Shown here one piece after another: positions 14,918 through 27,635 of a DNA stretch of 64,000 nucleotides. Source of the stretch: Amphiscolops sp. MND2022 (taxonomy: Eukaryota); the NCBI GenBank assembly GCA_964187785.1, contig OZ076409.1:63056001-63120000 (forward strand), given 5' to 3'. The stretch's first letter is position 1; every line of letters starts with the position of its first letter. Below the pieces are notes generated by a model, which saw only the letters and a list, made by a program, of their open reading frames with translations, did not search any database and had not been told where the DNA came from. A program made the translations under genes and the position numbers.

Positions 14918-15795
14918 GGAGAGGCTGGCATTGAATACATCGCCACATCATGAGTGCAATCTACGGGGGTCTCAAACTGGTGATGTTGCAACGGTCCAGT
15001 GGCACTGTCATCTTTTGCTGATTGGGCAACCATGAGGTCTTGCTTCTTGCCATCCAGAGAACCTGCATCGTCCAGAACCTGTTGAAACAGAGCTAGCTCG
15101 AGAGCTAGAAAAACAGTACTCAAAAATGCACCTTGAAATTGATCAAATCCAAGATTCCATACATCAATCAAAAAAGCACCACTTTTTTAGCACGAGTTTT
15201 CTGCAAAAGTCTGAATAGGATCCTGCGAGCACTTTGGTTTTTGGACGTCTAAAATTTCTTTTACGGAGCGCTCACGCTCCAAAGCGCACGTGGTTCTCAG
15301 CAAAACATCTTTTCCACGGCAACAAAATTTCAGTTTGCAGCACAGTTAAAAGTTCTTTTCGTTAGAACTTCGTTTCAGCAGTAAAACCACTGTTTAAAAG
15401 GAAGACAAGCTGTTTCTTTGATACTTTTTTTACAGTTCGGCTTGGTTTGGGCAACACGCACTGATGTGCAGCTCCATACCTGTATAGAGTTCAGTAGCAT
15501 CTGTCAAGGAGCGCATCAGAAGCAAACTACGAACTGCTCGTAAGGGTAAGCACTGGAGTAAAGCAGTCAAAGGTAGATCAAATCTTGCCATTTGCAGATC
15601 AGGAGCGCGCGCTCTCCTTGTTTTTCCGGATATCACATTGGAATCTGGAGGAAACTTCTGGAAATCATGGAAAAAAATCAAAAATAGCACCTTTCGGGCG
15701 TAGCAATACATGTAGAGTTTTTGGGTTATTTATTGCACTGGGGCTCCCCGGGCTTTAATCGTTGAGCACCTTCATTAATTTAAAGATAGCAATGA

Positions 15796-16884
15796 CTAAC
15801 AAAAATTGCGAGAGAGCGGAATGGGCGTTGAAGACACCCCTTCCCCCCGCGAAAAGAAGTGGAGTGTGGTTTGGACTGGGTAGACATCACCATCCAAAAG
15901 CAGCAGGACACGCAACAAGCATGAAGCATCAGGAAATCCGATAAAGAAAATTCTGGAGAGTGGGTCTACCTCAAGACTGGAATAGTTGTTCGGAGGACGG
16001 CCACGCCTATGTCCCTTCGATCGAAGCGACCATGGTAGAGCTTGGCGTGGTGGACGGCCACGGCGACGTCCATCATAAAGGGACAACAGAACTTTTTGCC
16101 ATGAGGGCTCAAAGTCTGTGCGCGATGGTCGACCACGTCTATGACCAGTTGTTCGAGTTTTAGCTAAACCACCAGGCAACCAATTGATAAAGACTGGCGG
16201 GTCCACCTGAATAAAATCCCGTAGCCCACCTTTAGCAGAATGTGGCTCAAAGGAGTCTTTCAGCAATTTCGAAAGCAACTTCGTAGTTCATATTAGGGAC
16301 TTTGTTCCAGGGAAGTGAGAGTTGCTTAAAGAATCCTGCGATCAGGAAATGGAGGATGAGATAGATATTCGTTCTTTCTTCGTATCATTTGAGTAGAGGT
16401 TGCGCTCGCGCAACTCATTATCACCGGCGTGATATTCAGGCAAAGTGTCAGCAATACCCATGGTTGTAGTGTCCAAAGATATTGGGTCCACCCCCATGTC
16501 TTTTGTTGGCGGTGTCAATGGTTCTGATTTGACGTCGTTTGAAACATTGATATCGGCATTTCTGAGGTGTGCCTGCACTTCTGCATTTATCTACTGCATT
16601 TGTGCTAGCGCTCGCGCTAGCAGTTTCTCCCTCCGAAACTTCAGATCCTCTAACTTCGTCGATCGGTCATGTTCATCTACCATATGGGAACCATTTTCCA
16701 CCTTCATGACTGGTTCATCGACTGGCTGGGCTACACTGGTGCCCTTTCCCCCCTTGAAAAAGGAACGGAAAACCTTCCAACGTTTCATTTCAGCTTTAGA
16801 TGTAGTCCAGAATGCGTCGCAGGCACTCAACTCTGCTGACTTGAACTGTTCAGGATCAAATTTCGAAGTCCTAGAGGAGTCCAT
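15796..16884 (-). pseudogene. Interrupted ~362-codon ORF encoding a triple AT-hook protein inside element A
   Basis: Track ORFs 16884-16591, 16578-16342 and 16278-15796 share one frame, broken by TAG (16591), TGA (16342) and TGA (16288); C-terminal part has HRRGRPSR, RRRGRPPR, HRRGRPPN. Confidence 0.65.
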
Positions 16885-19800
16885 AATTTATGACCCCTGC
16901 CGGCAATTTTTTTGAACCGTGGGATTCGCCTCGTTTGCACCCAAGAAGGTCTACTGGGTCCCTTCCGTTGGAAAATGAACGCTTTTTGGGTCCGCCTACT
17001 GTGCAGCGGAAGTATTGAGGATTTACAATATTAGTTTTTTTGCTAGATTTTCGGGATTTTCGTTCAAAACGTGTGTCTGAACAAAGTCAAATTCAGTTTT
17101 ATCAATCGTACTGGGTAAAAAATGACACATCACGTTTCGTCAGCCACACAAGTCAAAAAAATAACCTCCCGTAGCTGATGATTGCCTCCAGCTTTAAGCT
17201 AGAGCCTTTTTCAACGATTTTTGGATTTTTCAACTTTTTTCGAAAATCACTCAAATGGCTTGTACAAGTGCTGGAAACGTGGTATCGGGCTCAAAATTGG
17301 TCACGCGATCACACGTATAGCCAGCTACACTACAGTAACAACCAATGAGAATTCAGACCATTGGGCAATATTTAAATCTGATACTGACGTTCCGTATCAC
17401 CGTGTCTCGATTGACACGATTTTTCACATGCAATCAAAGACTCTCGTCCACAGTGCTGAGTTCTCGAGCTCACTTTATCAGCCGGGTGCACCAAATGACA
17501 CTAATAAGAATAGTCCAGGGCATTGTAATCCCAACTTCCCAATAAGGTGCGCCGACAATGATCCATTTCGTTACAATACACAGGATATCACAACTTCAAG
17601 TAAAAAATGCTATGATCCAGCAAAGCAGCCCACTCGATACTGATCAAATATTACACGCACAGCAATGAACGAACTACTGGGAGTTCAAACTAGGGGTTTC
17701 CACAGGTTTCCAACACGTAGAAATGACTTTTTTCTCTTTCCCAGTTTTCGTCTCGGTTAAACCTCTAACTGACACAATGAATATGCACGTCCGAGAAGCG
17801 TCGAAATAAGTTCTAAGGGTCGCAGTGTGCTGAAAGGTAAACAGCACTTCCGGATTGATGCACTGACTTAAAAAATGAGTCCAGAATCGGGGTATTAGGA
17901 TCCAGTCACAGGTCACAGGTTTTCCAGATATTTTTTGGGTTTTTCAAATTCATTTGAGAAAAACTCAAGTGGCTAGCGCTAACGCTAGAAATGCAGGATC
18001 GACTTCAAAATTAACCACACAATCCCACGTAAGTTGAGGTACACGGGAATAATAGCTGATTTGTGCTGAGATGACTAGGTGAAGTTTCAACACAGTACAG
18101 ACGTTCGGTATCACCGTGTTCCAAGATGTACTGTTCTTCACGTGTCAACCCAGATTCTGGCGAACTGCAAAGAGCGCTCACGCTCGTTTTTTCGGCAACA
18201 TTACGATAAGCTTGCATTGGTTACGATAGTGGGCAGCAATTTGGCCCCACCCTTTGAATAAGGTGTTCAGACAATCCCACAAGACTTCGTAGAATTCGCC
18301 TTCTTGCGCACCTTCTTGTGCAGTTTGTTTTAGTCAATTTCTCAACAGATACAGTACCAATTGACCCTAAATTTGGCATGCGCTGTCAGTGAGTGCCAAC
18401 CACGTTGTTAGAATAGTGAAACAGACGCTGGTAGGCTTGCAGGGGATCTTCTCGAGGATTTGGACCTCTGCTCGTCTCGGTGAGGACTTAAGAAAATTGA
18501 TGTTTTTCAACGTCCAAGATTTTCAAAACACGTTCTAAGGCTCGTAGGCTGTTCAAATTTGCACAACGCTTTCCCACAAGCACACTGGGCCAGAAAATTA
18601 ACATGGTTTAAGGCAAAAAGTCTCCAGTCACCCACAGGAAGAATTTCAAAGAAATTTTGGATTTTCCAAAAATCGCACCACAACACTCAAGAGGCTCGTG
18701 TGTGTGCTGGAAGCGCCGTATCGAGCCCAAAACTGACCAGCAAATCGTAGGTACACGTAGGTTCACGAAAGTGAACACAGTTTTGAGCTGCGCCCTTTCT
18801 ACACAGTTTCACCTAGGTACAGACGTGCGGTACCACTATGTACCGAAATACACTGTTTTCCACGTTTTTTTTTCAAGATTGCGGTCCTCTGGAAAGAGCT
18901 AGCAAGCTCAAAATCTCTGCAACAACGTACGAACTAGCACAAATTACAATGTTGGGCTGCAATACAGCCCCACCCGTCGGCTAAGGTGCTCGGGTTACTT
19001 GGAAAAATTAAGAAAAAACGGCCTTTTTGCGCTCCTTTTTGGGTGCCACGTTTTTGGTATTTTCTCAATAAGTATCGCACAAATCGGCACCAAACTTAGT
19101 AGTCTATGCCAGTGGGTACCTACAAGGCCACTGATATGGTCGAATTGAAGCGCGAGCGCTTATTTAAGGTTTCGACCCGATATGGACGTTACACACAAAA
19201 AACACTGTTTTTGACTACTTTTTTCACAATTTGACCAAGAGGTTCACCTCAGAAAGTGATACGGCAGGCAAAAGGGGACCAACGTGTTTCCCCACTACCC
19301 GTAGCACTGGGATAAACCCTCAATTGGTGGTGCCCGTTAGGTGAAAGGCACTGACAGTCCTGCAGTTTCGGATTTTTTTGGTCCTCTTACGCTTCTCTGA
19401 AGTCGAAACGTCAGAGAGCTTTTCTCGACTTTGGTGACCGATACGCTCACTAAATTGTCGGCACTAACGTTAATTTTGGTGGTGGTTACGAAAATGCAAC
19501 CACATTTTGGCTAGGGTTCAGGAATCGATGACCCGACCCTAGCTCAGAGACAGTCCGGTTTTGTGGAAAATTGATCAAATTCAGTGCGTTTTTCCACTTT
19601 TCTCAGCACTGAATGGGAGTTTTTACACGCAGTTTTCACCACCACGCGTTATATTTACTACAAAAACAGAAAATGAGAGCGCGCAGGCTCCCAGGTCACG
19701 AAAACACTGAGTGCCCCAGAGGTTTTAATGATGCACTCTGGCACTCCTGAAACTGGCCAAAAATCAAGGTTTTTCGACCTCTTCTCACCAAGAAAACGTT

Positions 19801-20856
19801 ACAAGCTCTTTTAAATCCTATTTTCGGTACTGTGGAGTGTGCCCCAAACTAACAGCAGCACGGAAGAGACAATTACATCACAATCCAGCACTCTCCCAGT
19901 GGCATTTCATAGTGGTTTTTTGCCAATTTCGCCAAAAACCGGGTTTTTTCATGCAAAATGTGTCCCAAAAAGGTCTCCAACGGCCTTTCTGGTTGTCGTT
20001 ACATTATGTAGCAAAACCCTCAAGGCTTTGGGTTGCTTTTATTCATTTTTGCAACTGCTGTGGCTAATACTTCGGGCGCTCGCGCTCGTACCAAGAAAAG
20101 TACTCAAAAATGCCAAAAATCACGTTTTTGCGACTTTTGCACTAAAAATCGCCCTTTTTTTCACTGAACACAGATGCAAAAGCACACACTGAGTTGCAAC
20201 AAGGAGAAACAAGCCTTACCAAACAATTCCCCGTCGAAAAAAGTGTATTTTTAAATTTTTCGTCAACCATGAGCCATTTGAGCGACACTTCTGGTCACAG
20301 GGGGTACATCTTCACCACGTTTTTTCTCCACATCTAGACCACATAGAGACACGCGGTTTAGACCATCAGCATCGTCTACTCTTGCACTTGCTGTCCACCA
20401 AAAACCATACCTCCAGGACGTATCCACGAGAAATGGGAGTAGGAAGTAGGCAACACACGATTTGACCCCTCTGCCGCCTCGCTGGCTCGTGGCTGACCAT
20501 CCAGCAGTCACCTTCTTGCATGGCATAAAATGGCTGAAAATAGCTCAAAAAACCTGTTAAACACCCGTAGCCACATGCTACGGTCCTCTACACCTGCAAA
20601 AAAAGATACCCGCTGATGGGAACCTCGCAATTTTAGACGATATCTGTCAACAAGTACCTGTTATCAAAACATACCAAAGGTACTCGGAAAAATACCCTGA
20701 AAGACTGGTAAAACACCAAAATACAACGTCATAACATCTAAAAAATTTGGAAAAACTCTGGGTAAACGTCTCCTTCCAGAGTTCAATCGTTCTTGGCGTC
20801 CAATACCAGGGGGTCGGAAATTTCAAAACCATATAATAGGGCAGTAATCGGAAGCG

Positions 20857-20874
20857 ATCCCTCTGTGGTCGCCA
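20857..20874 (-). promoter_or_regulatory. Element A primer-binding site (tRNA-Arg-like)
   Basis: Minus strand TGGCGACCACAGAGGGAT, identical to the element B PBS, 15 nt from the LTR end. Confidence 0.85.
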
Positions 20875-20889
20875 AAAAATGAGGTCTCA

Positions 20890-21661
20890 TGTAACGGCAA
20901 GCTGTTATCGGTCGCTTAACACGTTAACAGAGGTAGAGGAACCTGCAGAAATGGGTGAATCGCTCGGGACAGGCGCCCATCGCCACAGATCCATTTTGCC
21001 TCCAGGGGTGAAATACGTCCCGGGGCCGCGGGTGCTTCGACGAATACTGTCCAACCGGTCCTAGTCTTTGATTGCTAGTAGTAACGGGCATCTTTCTGGC
21101 TCTCTAAAGACCACCGCTTAACTAGCATATAAAAACAATGCCAAGAATAAGGTGAATTTCCAGTTCCAGAATGACATGTGAATAAGATCTAAAATTGGGG
21201 AATAAGATCTAAACTAGCGCTAGCGCTTCTGAATACAACTAAAATCACTGAAAATACATGAAAACAGGCACGAATATGGCAAACGACACAGCTACAAGCT
21301 GGGGCGCAGGGGCTCCAAGCACCAAACAAGGATCTTTAGGCGAAAAGACTCATTTTTACGGTTTCCGCTACATAGGGTAGCATAATGCTGAAAATCGATA
21401 AAACCGGTGTTAGCAATTCAAAAAGAGTCTCTTTTCGGATGTTCTTGCCGTCTCTGGCTTCTGTCGTGGCGGCGCGCCCGTGTTTTTGCTCGTTCTTGCT
21501 CTTTGTTGTCGAAGTACCTGCCAATTTCGTGGAAACAGCGAAAAGAGCAATCACATGCTCAGTGCCACGTCACACATCGGATTAGAATTTTTGACAAAAT
21601 TTCTGAACATGTCAAAGTTGCAAAATTGGTTGATATTGCTGTACCAGAGCTTGCCGTTACA
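20890..21661 (-). repeat. Element A 5' LTR
   Basis: 772-bp direct repeat of 14108-14879, followed on the minus strand by the PBS. Confidence 0.95.
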
Positions 21662-24125
21662 TTTTTTTGCAATTTTTGTTGAAGTCTTCATAGGTCATCA
21701 GCTACACTCTAGCCTTCTAGTATTGTGTTGCAGGAAAAGTTTGGGGCGACTTGTTTTTTTAAGACTGGCTAGGAATAAAATGAGGCTGACGACAGTTCAA
21801 GCAACAAAATATTTTCCGGGGAGTGAAAAAATATAAAATGATACTCAAGAGTAGTCACGTCGAAAGTTGCTCGTTTTTGGATCTTTTTGGTTCATTTCAG
21901 GAATTTTTTCTGTAAAAAACGTCTAATTTTTTTATGAAAAAATTGGATAAGAAGTTGATTGATTGCCGTTGAACTGTGTGAATAGTCATACCAACGAGAA
22001 CATTCCAGGTTTGTATAAAGAAAAGCATGAGACGGTCGAAAATTGAAGAATCGAATGTATTGCAGATTTTGCGGCATATTTTGAAGGAACAACACCAGAT
22101 CTTTTCTCACATAATTGCTTCGTCGTTGAACTTTTTATTTTCGTACTAAGTGAATCATTCAAACGCTGTACAAACACTGCTTTAATTTGGTCAATTGTTG
22201 GAAAATTTAGACATTTTCGACTTTTTCAGATTCATTTTTTGGGTAACGTTTGAGCACTTTTTGTAAGGTTGTTCCAATAAGACTCTTCTACGCAAATACA
22301 TACGAAGCTAATTTCATGCTAATTGAATTCTCTGGAAAAACCTTCATCATCCGAGTACAAAAATAGTACGTGAAATTAGTGAAAAAAAGCGTGTCGGAGA
22401 TATTTGTTTTTTTTTCGTTGTGAAATTTGGGCGGAAAATAGAAACACTTTCATCAAGAAAACAGGCAAAGCACCTTCAGCGGTGTTGGCGCCGTTTTAAA
22501 AACGGTAATGCACAATAAACGCACCATAATGCATTAGAAGCAAAAGTGCATGTTGTCAAGATTCTACTGAAACCTAGTTGGAATAATAAGTTGCAAAGGT
22601 TTAACAATTTCAAAAATTGTTAAATTCTTATTGCACTTCTGTGTTAATAAAGATTAGCCCGAACTCCAAGTATTATCGTAATGTTCAGAAATGACACTAG
22701 CTAATGCGTGAAAGTGACGGCTTAATACCTGCTGGAAATCTCGTCTAAAAACAAAGCGCATTTTTTGAAAGTCTCAACGATTTTGAACGAACAATTTGAA
22801 ACAAGAGTTGGAAAGCATAACTTCATACAAATCCCTTATCAAAGTGTTCTTTTCGCAATCCTCAAAAATGAAAATCATTGCTTTGCATCAACTTGCATTA
22901 GTCTGACCAAAAGGAAGTATGGAACTAAAATTCTACAATATAATTCTACAAAATATCAAAATAAATAAATGTATTACAGAAGTATAATTTTACGTTTGAA
23001 GTTTGCTTTGCTTTCAGAATCTCTAATTTCAATATTATGATGTTTTAGGTTGAAGCCTTGAAATCACTCCTGAGCAAGTACTCAAATTTTACCTTGAAAT
23101 ATTTAGAAAAAAAACAGTTTCATACATTTATGAGTTTGTGAAGGCTTGTAAATAATCAACCATCAGGAGGTGATGGACTGCTACATTTTGGAGGCCAATA
23201 AAAAATTGAGAAGGAACTTTTTTGCGATTATTTTGGTCAAACATCCACCTTCTCAAGTTTTTTTTCATGTAACCCAGTGATTTTTTTGACAATTGTTTTC
23301 AGCAGCCATGAATTAAGCCCAATCCGAAGTACGTTCTAGTTTTGGTTTTTTCGAGCAGTTTTTTTAAAGTGGAGGTTATATGAACGTCTACCACTGAAAA
23401 AGTTCAAGACTTTACATTCAACCATTAAAAATGATCTATTATGTGACTGGAGTTTCAATTTGAAGTGGTTTGAATATCCAAGAATGTTTCTCGTTGTTGC
23501 AGAGAAAAGTACCTGGACTTTTAAACTTTTTGTATTAATGAAATAATTTTTACCCGCGTTTTTATTGATTGACAAACTAAAATGAATCTAAATGATGACT
23601 GTAAAACAGAAATTTAGATCAACCCAGGCTGGCGTAGCAAGATTTCCAAATTCTCAGTACACCTTGGCGGCCATGAGTCCCATTGCAAGATTCTTATTGA
23701 ATCTTACAAGATGAGAAAATTTTGAAAATTTAGAAGTTTCGATTAAGAGTTCAAAAAACATTCCCAACAGTAGAATGATTCTATTACCGGGTCTTTACTG
23801 GCATTTTCCATCGTAGACATTGATCAACAGTAAAAAAACTCCATTGTTGTACTGGAGAATTTTAGATCTTATTCCAGTGATTTTTCGATTTTATCCCAGT
23901 GACTTAAGTTCAAAATACCTGACAGGTTTTGATCAAATCAGCACTTCGTTTTCTCTTTTTCCATTACTGCCAGCGAATGATTTCAAAGTTGGTGGTAATT
24001 TTATCGGCTTTTTGACAAACTTGAACAAAAAACGAGAGTATTTTTTGTGGACTGTTTTCATGGGTCATCTGGTAGTAGAGGTACGTTTTCAACCAGAACT
24101 GTTTGATTTGCCTGTCTTGTTTCAG

Positions 24126-24363
24126 CTTGCCATGCGTTCGGGTGTGTGAGCGGCAACTGCCAAGCGGCGACCCCCGAGCGGCCTGAGGAAGTCTCTTGCG
24201 TGTGCTTCCTGGGTTATTACGGACACAGATGCGAGTACCACAACCCGTGTGTGCTTGACCCTTGTGGCGAGTACCCCTGCTCCAACACGTCCACCAATAC
24301 GTACCATTGTATTTGCCCCAATGGACGAGAGGTGGACAACAAGGAAAAATGTGACCATATAAG
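24126..24363 (+). CDS. Exon of multi-EGF-repeat extracellular protein (first visible exon)
   Basis: TTTCAG acceptor and AG|GTAAGT donor; encodes CHAFGCVSGNC...CVCFLGYYGHRC...PCVLDPCGEYPC...CICPNG. Confidence 0.9.
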
Positions 24364-25171
24364 GTAAGTTTACAACCAAGCAAGCTTCCCTCTTTTGTAA
24401 ATTCAAAAGTTAGAAATAAGCCATAAAATCGATGTTTTCTGATAAAAGCATTTCACCTATCAGGCATGATCACTGGTCCTATATGAGATATCGATGTTTC
24501 TCGAAGTCCAACTTTTCTTTTCATGCCATTTACTTCGATGAAAGTGCAAAGATCAGACCCTGAAACAAGTCCCTCGTCACGCGCTACTAACCTGTATGTG
24601 TGCCGAGATTGAAGGCAATCCGACATGTCCTCTATGGAGTAGAAGTATGGGGGTCGTGGCTTTTCGATCGCTACAGAGATGTTCAATTCTTGGTTCAATT
24701 GTTATAAACTTCCTTAAAAAAGTGAACACACCGGATGTGACCTGAATTGACCGTTTGACTGGAATGAGTGACGTGTATTTGTGAAAAATGGCATCCGTCG
24801 TTGACATTGGATCCTCTCTTTAATGAACTTATAGCAAGAACTTATCTAACGAATATTTTGTAAGCCTTTTAAAAAAAGTTTTCATGAAAATTAGATTTAG
24901 TTAATATTTTATTTCATTTATTTAAATGGTCCATTTCATAAGAAAATGTGCCCGACTATTACGGTGACCATTTTTTTAGTCGTAGTGGAAAGTGCCCGAC
25001 TATTACAGCGGCTAGTTTTTTTTCGTCAGACTACAATCTCACTCTGATTGGGCCACTTTTCTTACAATCGAAACTACTAAAACTACTACCATAAGGCCAA
25101 TACCGGTCAGCGGAAATTAGTGCAAAAGGATCCCCATTTCATTTTTTACTTTTTAACGTAACCTACAAAAC

Positions 25172-25797
25172 CGGACGAGACTAAAGGGTCCCCCCTTTCG
25201 ATTTTGTCTCGGCTTTGTGCGACTTCTTTCGAAATTTTTTTAATATCTCAAAAGAGTCCCCTTTTCGAGTTTTTTTGATATTTTGCAACCGCATATATGT
25301 TAATAAAGCCCAAAGGGTCCCCCTTTTACATTTTTCGGCACTATGCGACATTTTCTGAAAAAAAATCAAAAATTTTAAGTTTATTTTTCAAAAAAAGTCT
25401 TTTGCGTTCTTTGCGCCTTAGATATAGCGCCGACTTTAGACGTTCCCGCTTTGTTTCCTTTTTTTTCGTTAGACCAAAGACCTCACCGAGTATGTACAAC
25501 TTTTTAGTACAGACTTTCTTCGGTTTACAGGGAACCCAGCGGTCACGGGTTCGAGTCCCTGCTTTAGGCAGAAACTTTTTCGAGCATTTGCGAAAGCGGA
25601 CGAGACTGAAGGGTCCCCTCTTTCAATTTGTTTCGGCACTGAGCGACTTTTTTTTCGAATTTTTTGCCTTCAAAATGTCCCCCTTCAGTTTTTTGATATT
25701 TTGCAACAAACTCGATTTCCAAAGCCCTTTTACAATATTACAAAGCGCTTTTTGAGCCTTAGATATAGCGCCAATTTCAGACGTTTCCGTCGTGTTT
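25172..25797 (+). repeat. Two tandem copies of the AAAGGGTCCCC dispersed repeat
   Basis: Both start CGGACGAGACTRAAGGGTCCCC and end CTTAGATATAGCGCC...GACGTT. Confidence 0.75.
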
Positions 25798-27429
25798 GTA
25801 AGACCACAGAATGCATCCCCATGGCCAACTTTTCAACAGAGTTTCGAAACTCAACTACACATGTGCGCTTGACGAACAGACCGCCGGCTGTTTGATGTCT
25901 GTCTAGGTCTAAATATTTTTCGTGCAAACCTTCGACGTGTCAAAGAGTCCCCCCTGTGTGTTTTTTTCGGCACTGTCCGAATTTTTTTTGGTTTTATTCA
26001 TATTTTAACTTTGAAAAAGCATTTTTTGAATAAATTCAGGTACTTTTTGATGCTTCCGTTTTCCGATGCCACTGGCTGCCCCTGCCCCTTTAGATATTAT
26101 TGCCTCTCTGAAAGTTATGAAAAATGCCAAAAAGTCATCCTAAGAATTTTATTGAGAGTTTTTGGAGCCTTAGGCGAGGCACCGACTTTTGACGTTACCT
26201 TCACATTATTGGGTTTTAAGGGGTATTTTTGCTTTTTTTCTCACTAAGAAACTGCGTAACTTTCCTTCGAAAGGCGTACAGCATATGTACTTATTCGTTT
26301 GGAGTATATTTAATGACTAACAATAGTTAAACAAAAAGGTCGGAAGAAAATTGTTTTGAATAGTGCAAATTCTTTTCGAAACCCATACAGTTAGTTACAT
26401 GTTTCGACCCCAGGGCCTTCTTGTTTTCTTTTTTGGAAAACTTTCGGAAATTGTTCAAAATTGGAAGTATACGTTCGATGAATGAGAAACTTCGGAATAT
26501 TCGACTGCTTTGTTCTCAACTTCGAGGAATATTTCCCCATCTTTTTTTCCAAGCCGAGTTTTGAATAGCCTAATGTTGTCACGTTAAGGTCAATGGAACT
26601 TCTACTCCACAAAAATTGAGCTGAGTCGTTGTTGAAAAATTAAACTACTTTATGCCACTAATTAGTTCAAAGATTCTACAAAAAAGCTGCGGAAAAACGT
26701 AAAAACGGTAAACTATTTTTGAATAATTTGGGTCATTCTGAGATTTTTTTCCTCCATAAAAATTGTGAACTCCTCTTTTAAAAGCGTGTGCGAACATAGT
26801 CGTTTCGTCTGGATATTTTCGAAGCTTTCAATTCACCAACGTTTCTAACTTTGAACAAAAAAAACTCGTCACAAACCTTACTGGACAACGAACACTTTCG
26901 TTTACGTTATTACATTTTAATACACGAAGTCTATCGAAAATTTGACGGAAATTGCATTAAAAAATCAAAAATCTGTTTTGGAGTTTTTGTCAAATTCGGT
27001 ATAATTTGACGCATTTTTCTATAAACTCTGACTTTTTTCAAAAAAGCTGTTTTTCAAAAAAGCCTCCAAGTTAACGAATTCTCTCCTTTTTGAACGTTTT
27101 TACTTTTCTAAGCCACGAAGTCTATCAAGAGTTGACAAAATTTGCAAAAAAAATCTTTAAATTCCAAAAATTTTGCAATTTTTGCCGTTCTTGCGGTCAC
27201 TTTTAGGTCATTCTGGGGTCTTTGGGATCAACCAAAAAAGTTCAAAAATCTCTACAAATACATATCGCATCAAACTAAACTCACGTCGGTTGAGTTTTAT
27301 GGGTGAAACCCTGTAACTTGGATTTAAGTTTGGAAAAGGGCAAAGTTTATAAAAATAAAAGGCCGCTGATTCAAATATTTTTCTTTCCCTTGCTGACTAT
27401 GGGCGGAAAATAGAAAACTTCAATTTCAG

Positions 27430-27635
27430 GCCTTGTGAAAGCAATCCATGTGGATTGAATGGCATCTGTCAAGACGTGAGTGCGTATGAGTACAGCTGTA
27501 AGTGCAACGTGGGCTATTTTGGTACCCACTGCGAGCGAATGGACCCCTGCATGCAGGTCAACTGTCACAACGGGGGCAAGTGTGTAAACGAGACCAACGT
27601 CAAGTTCCACTGCAAATGTAAACCCGGATACAGAG
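27430..27635 (+). CDS. Exon of multi-EGF-repeat protein (second visible exon)
   Basis: TTTCAG acceptor in phase 2 matching the previous exon; PCESNPCGLNGICQD...CKCNVGYFGTHCE..DPCMQVNCHNGGKC...CKCKPGYR; donor G|GTCAGT. Confidence 0.93.

Larger units (their letters stand above)
14108..21661 (-). mobile_element. Element A: non-autonomous LTR retroelement (LARD-like) related to element B
   Basis: Two 772-bp direct repeats TGTAAC...GTTACA; PBS and PPT oriented on the minus strand; no gag/pol ORF; flanks ATTT|TGT ... ACA|TTTT. Confidence 0.93.

Noticed and set aside
17221..18902. Short + strand ORFs sharing DVxYHxV peptides as a protein family
   Set aside because: The similarity comes from the nucleotide-level triplication, antisense to element A, and ORF limits are not conserved
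5558..25570. tRNA genes at ~5560, ~6465, ~13780 and ~25540
   Set aside because: Only A/B-box-like fragments; no intact acceptor or anticodon stems
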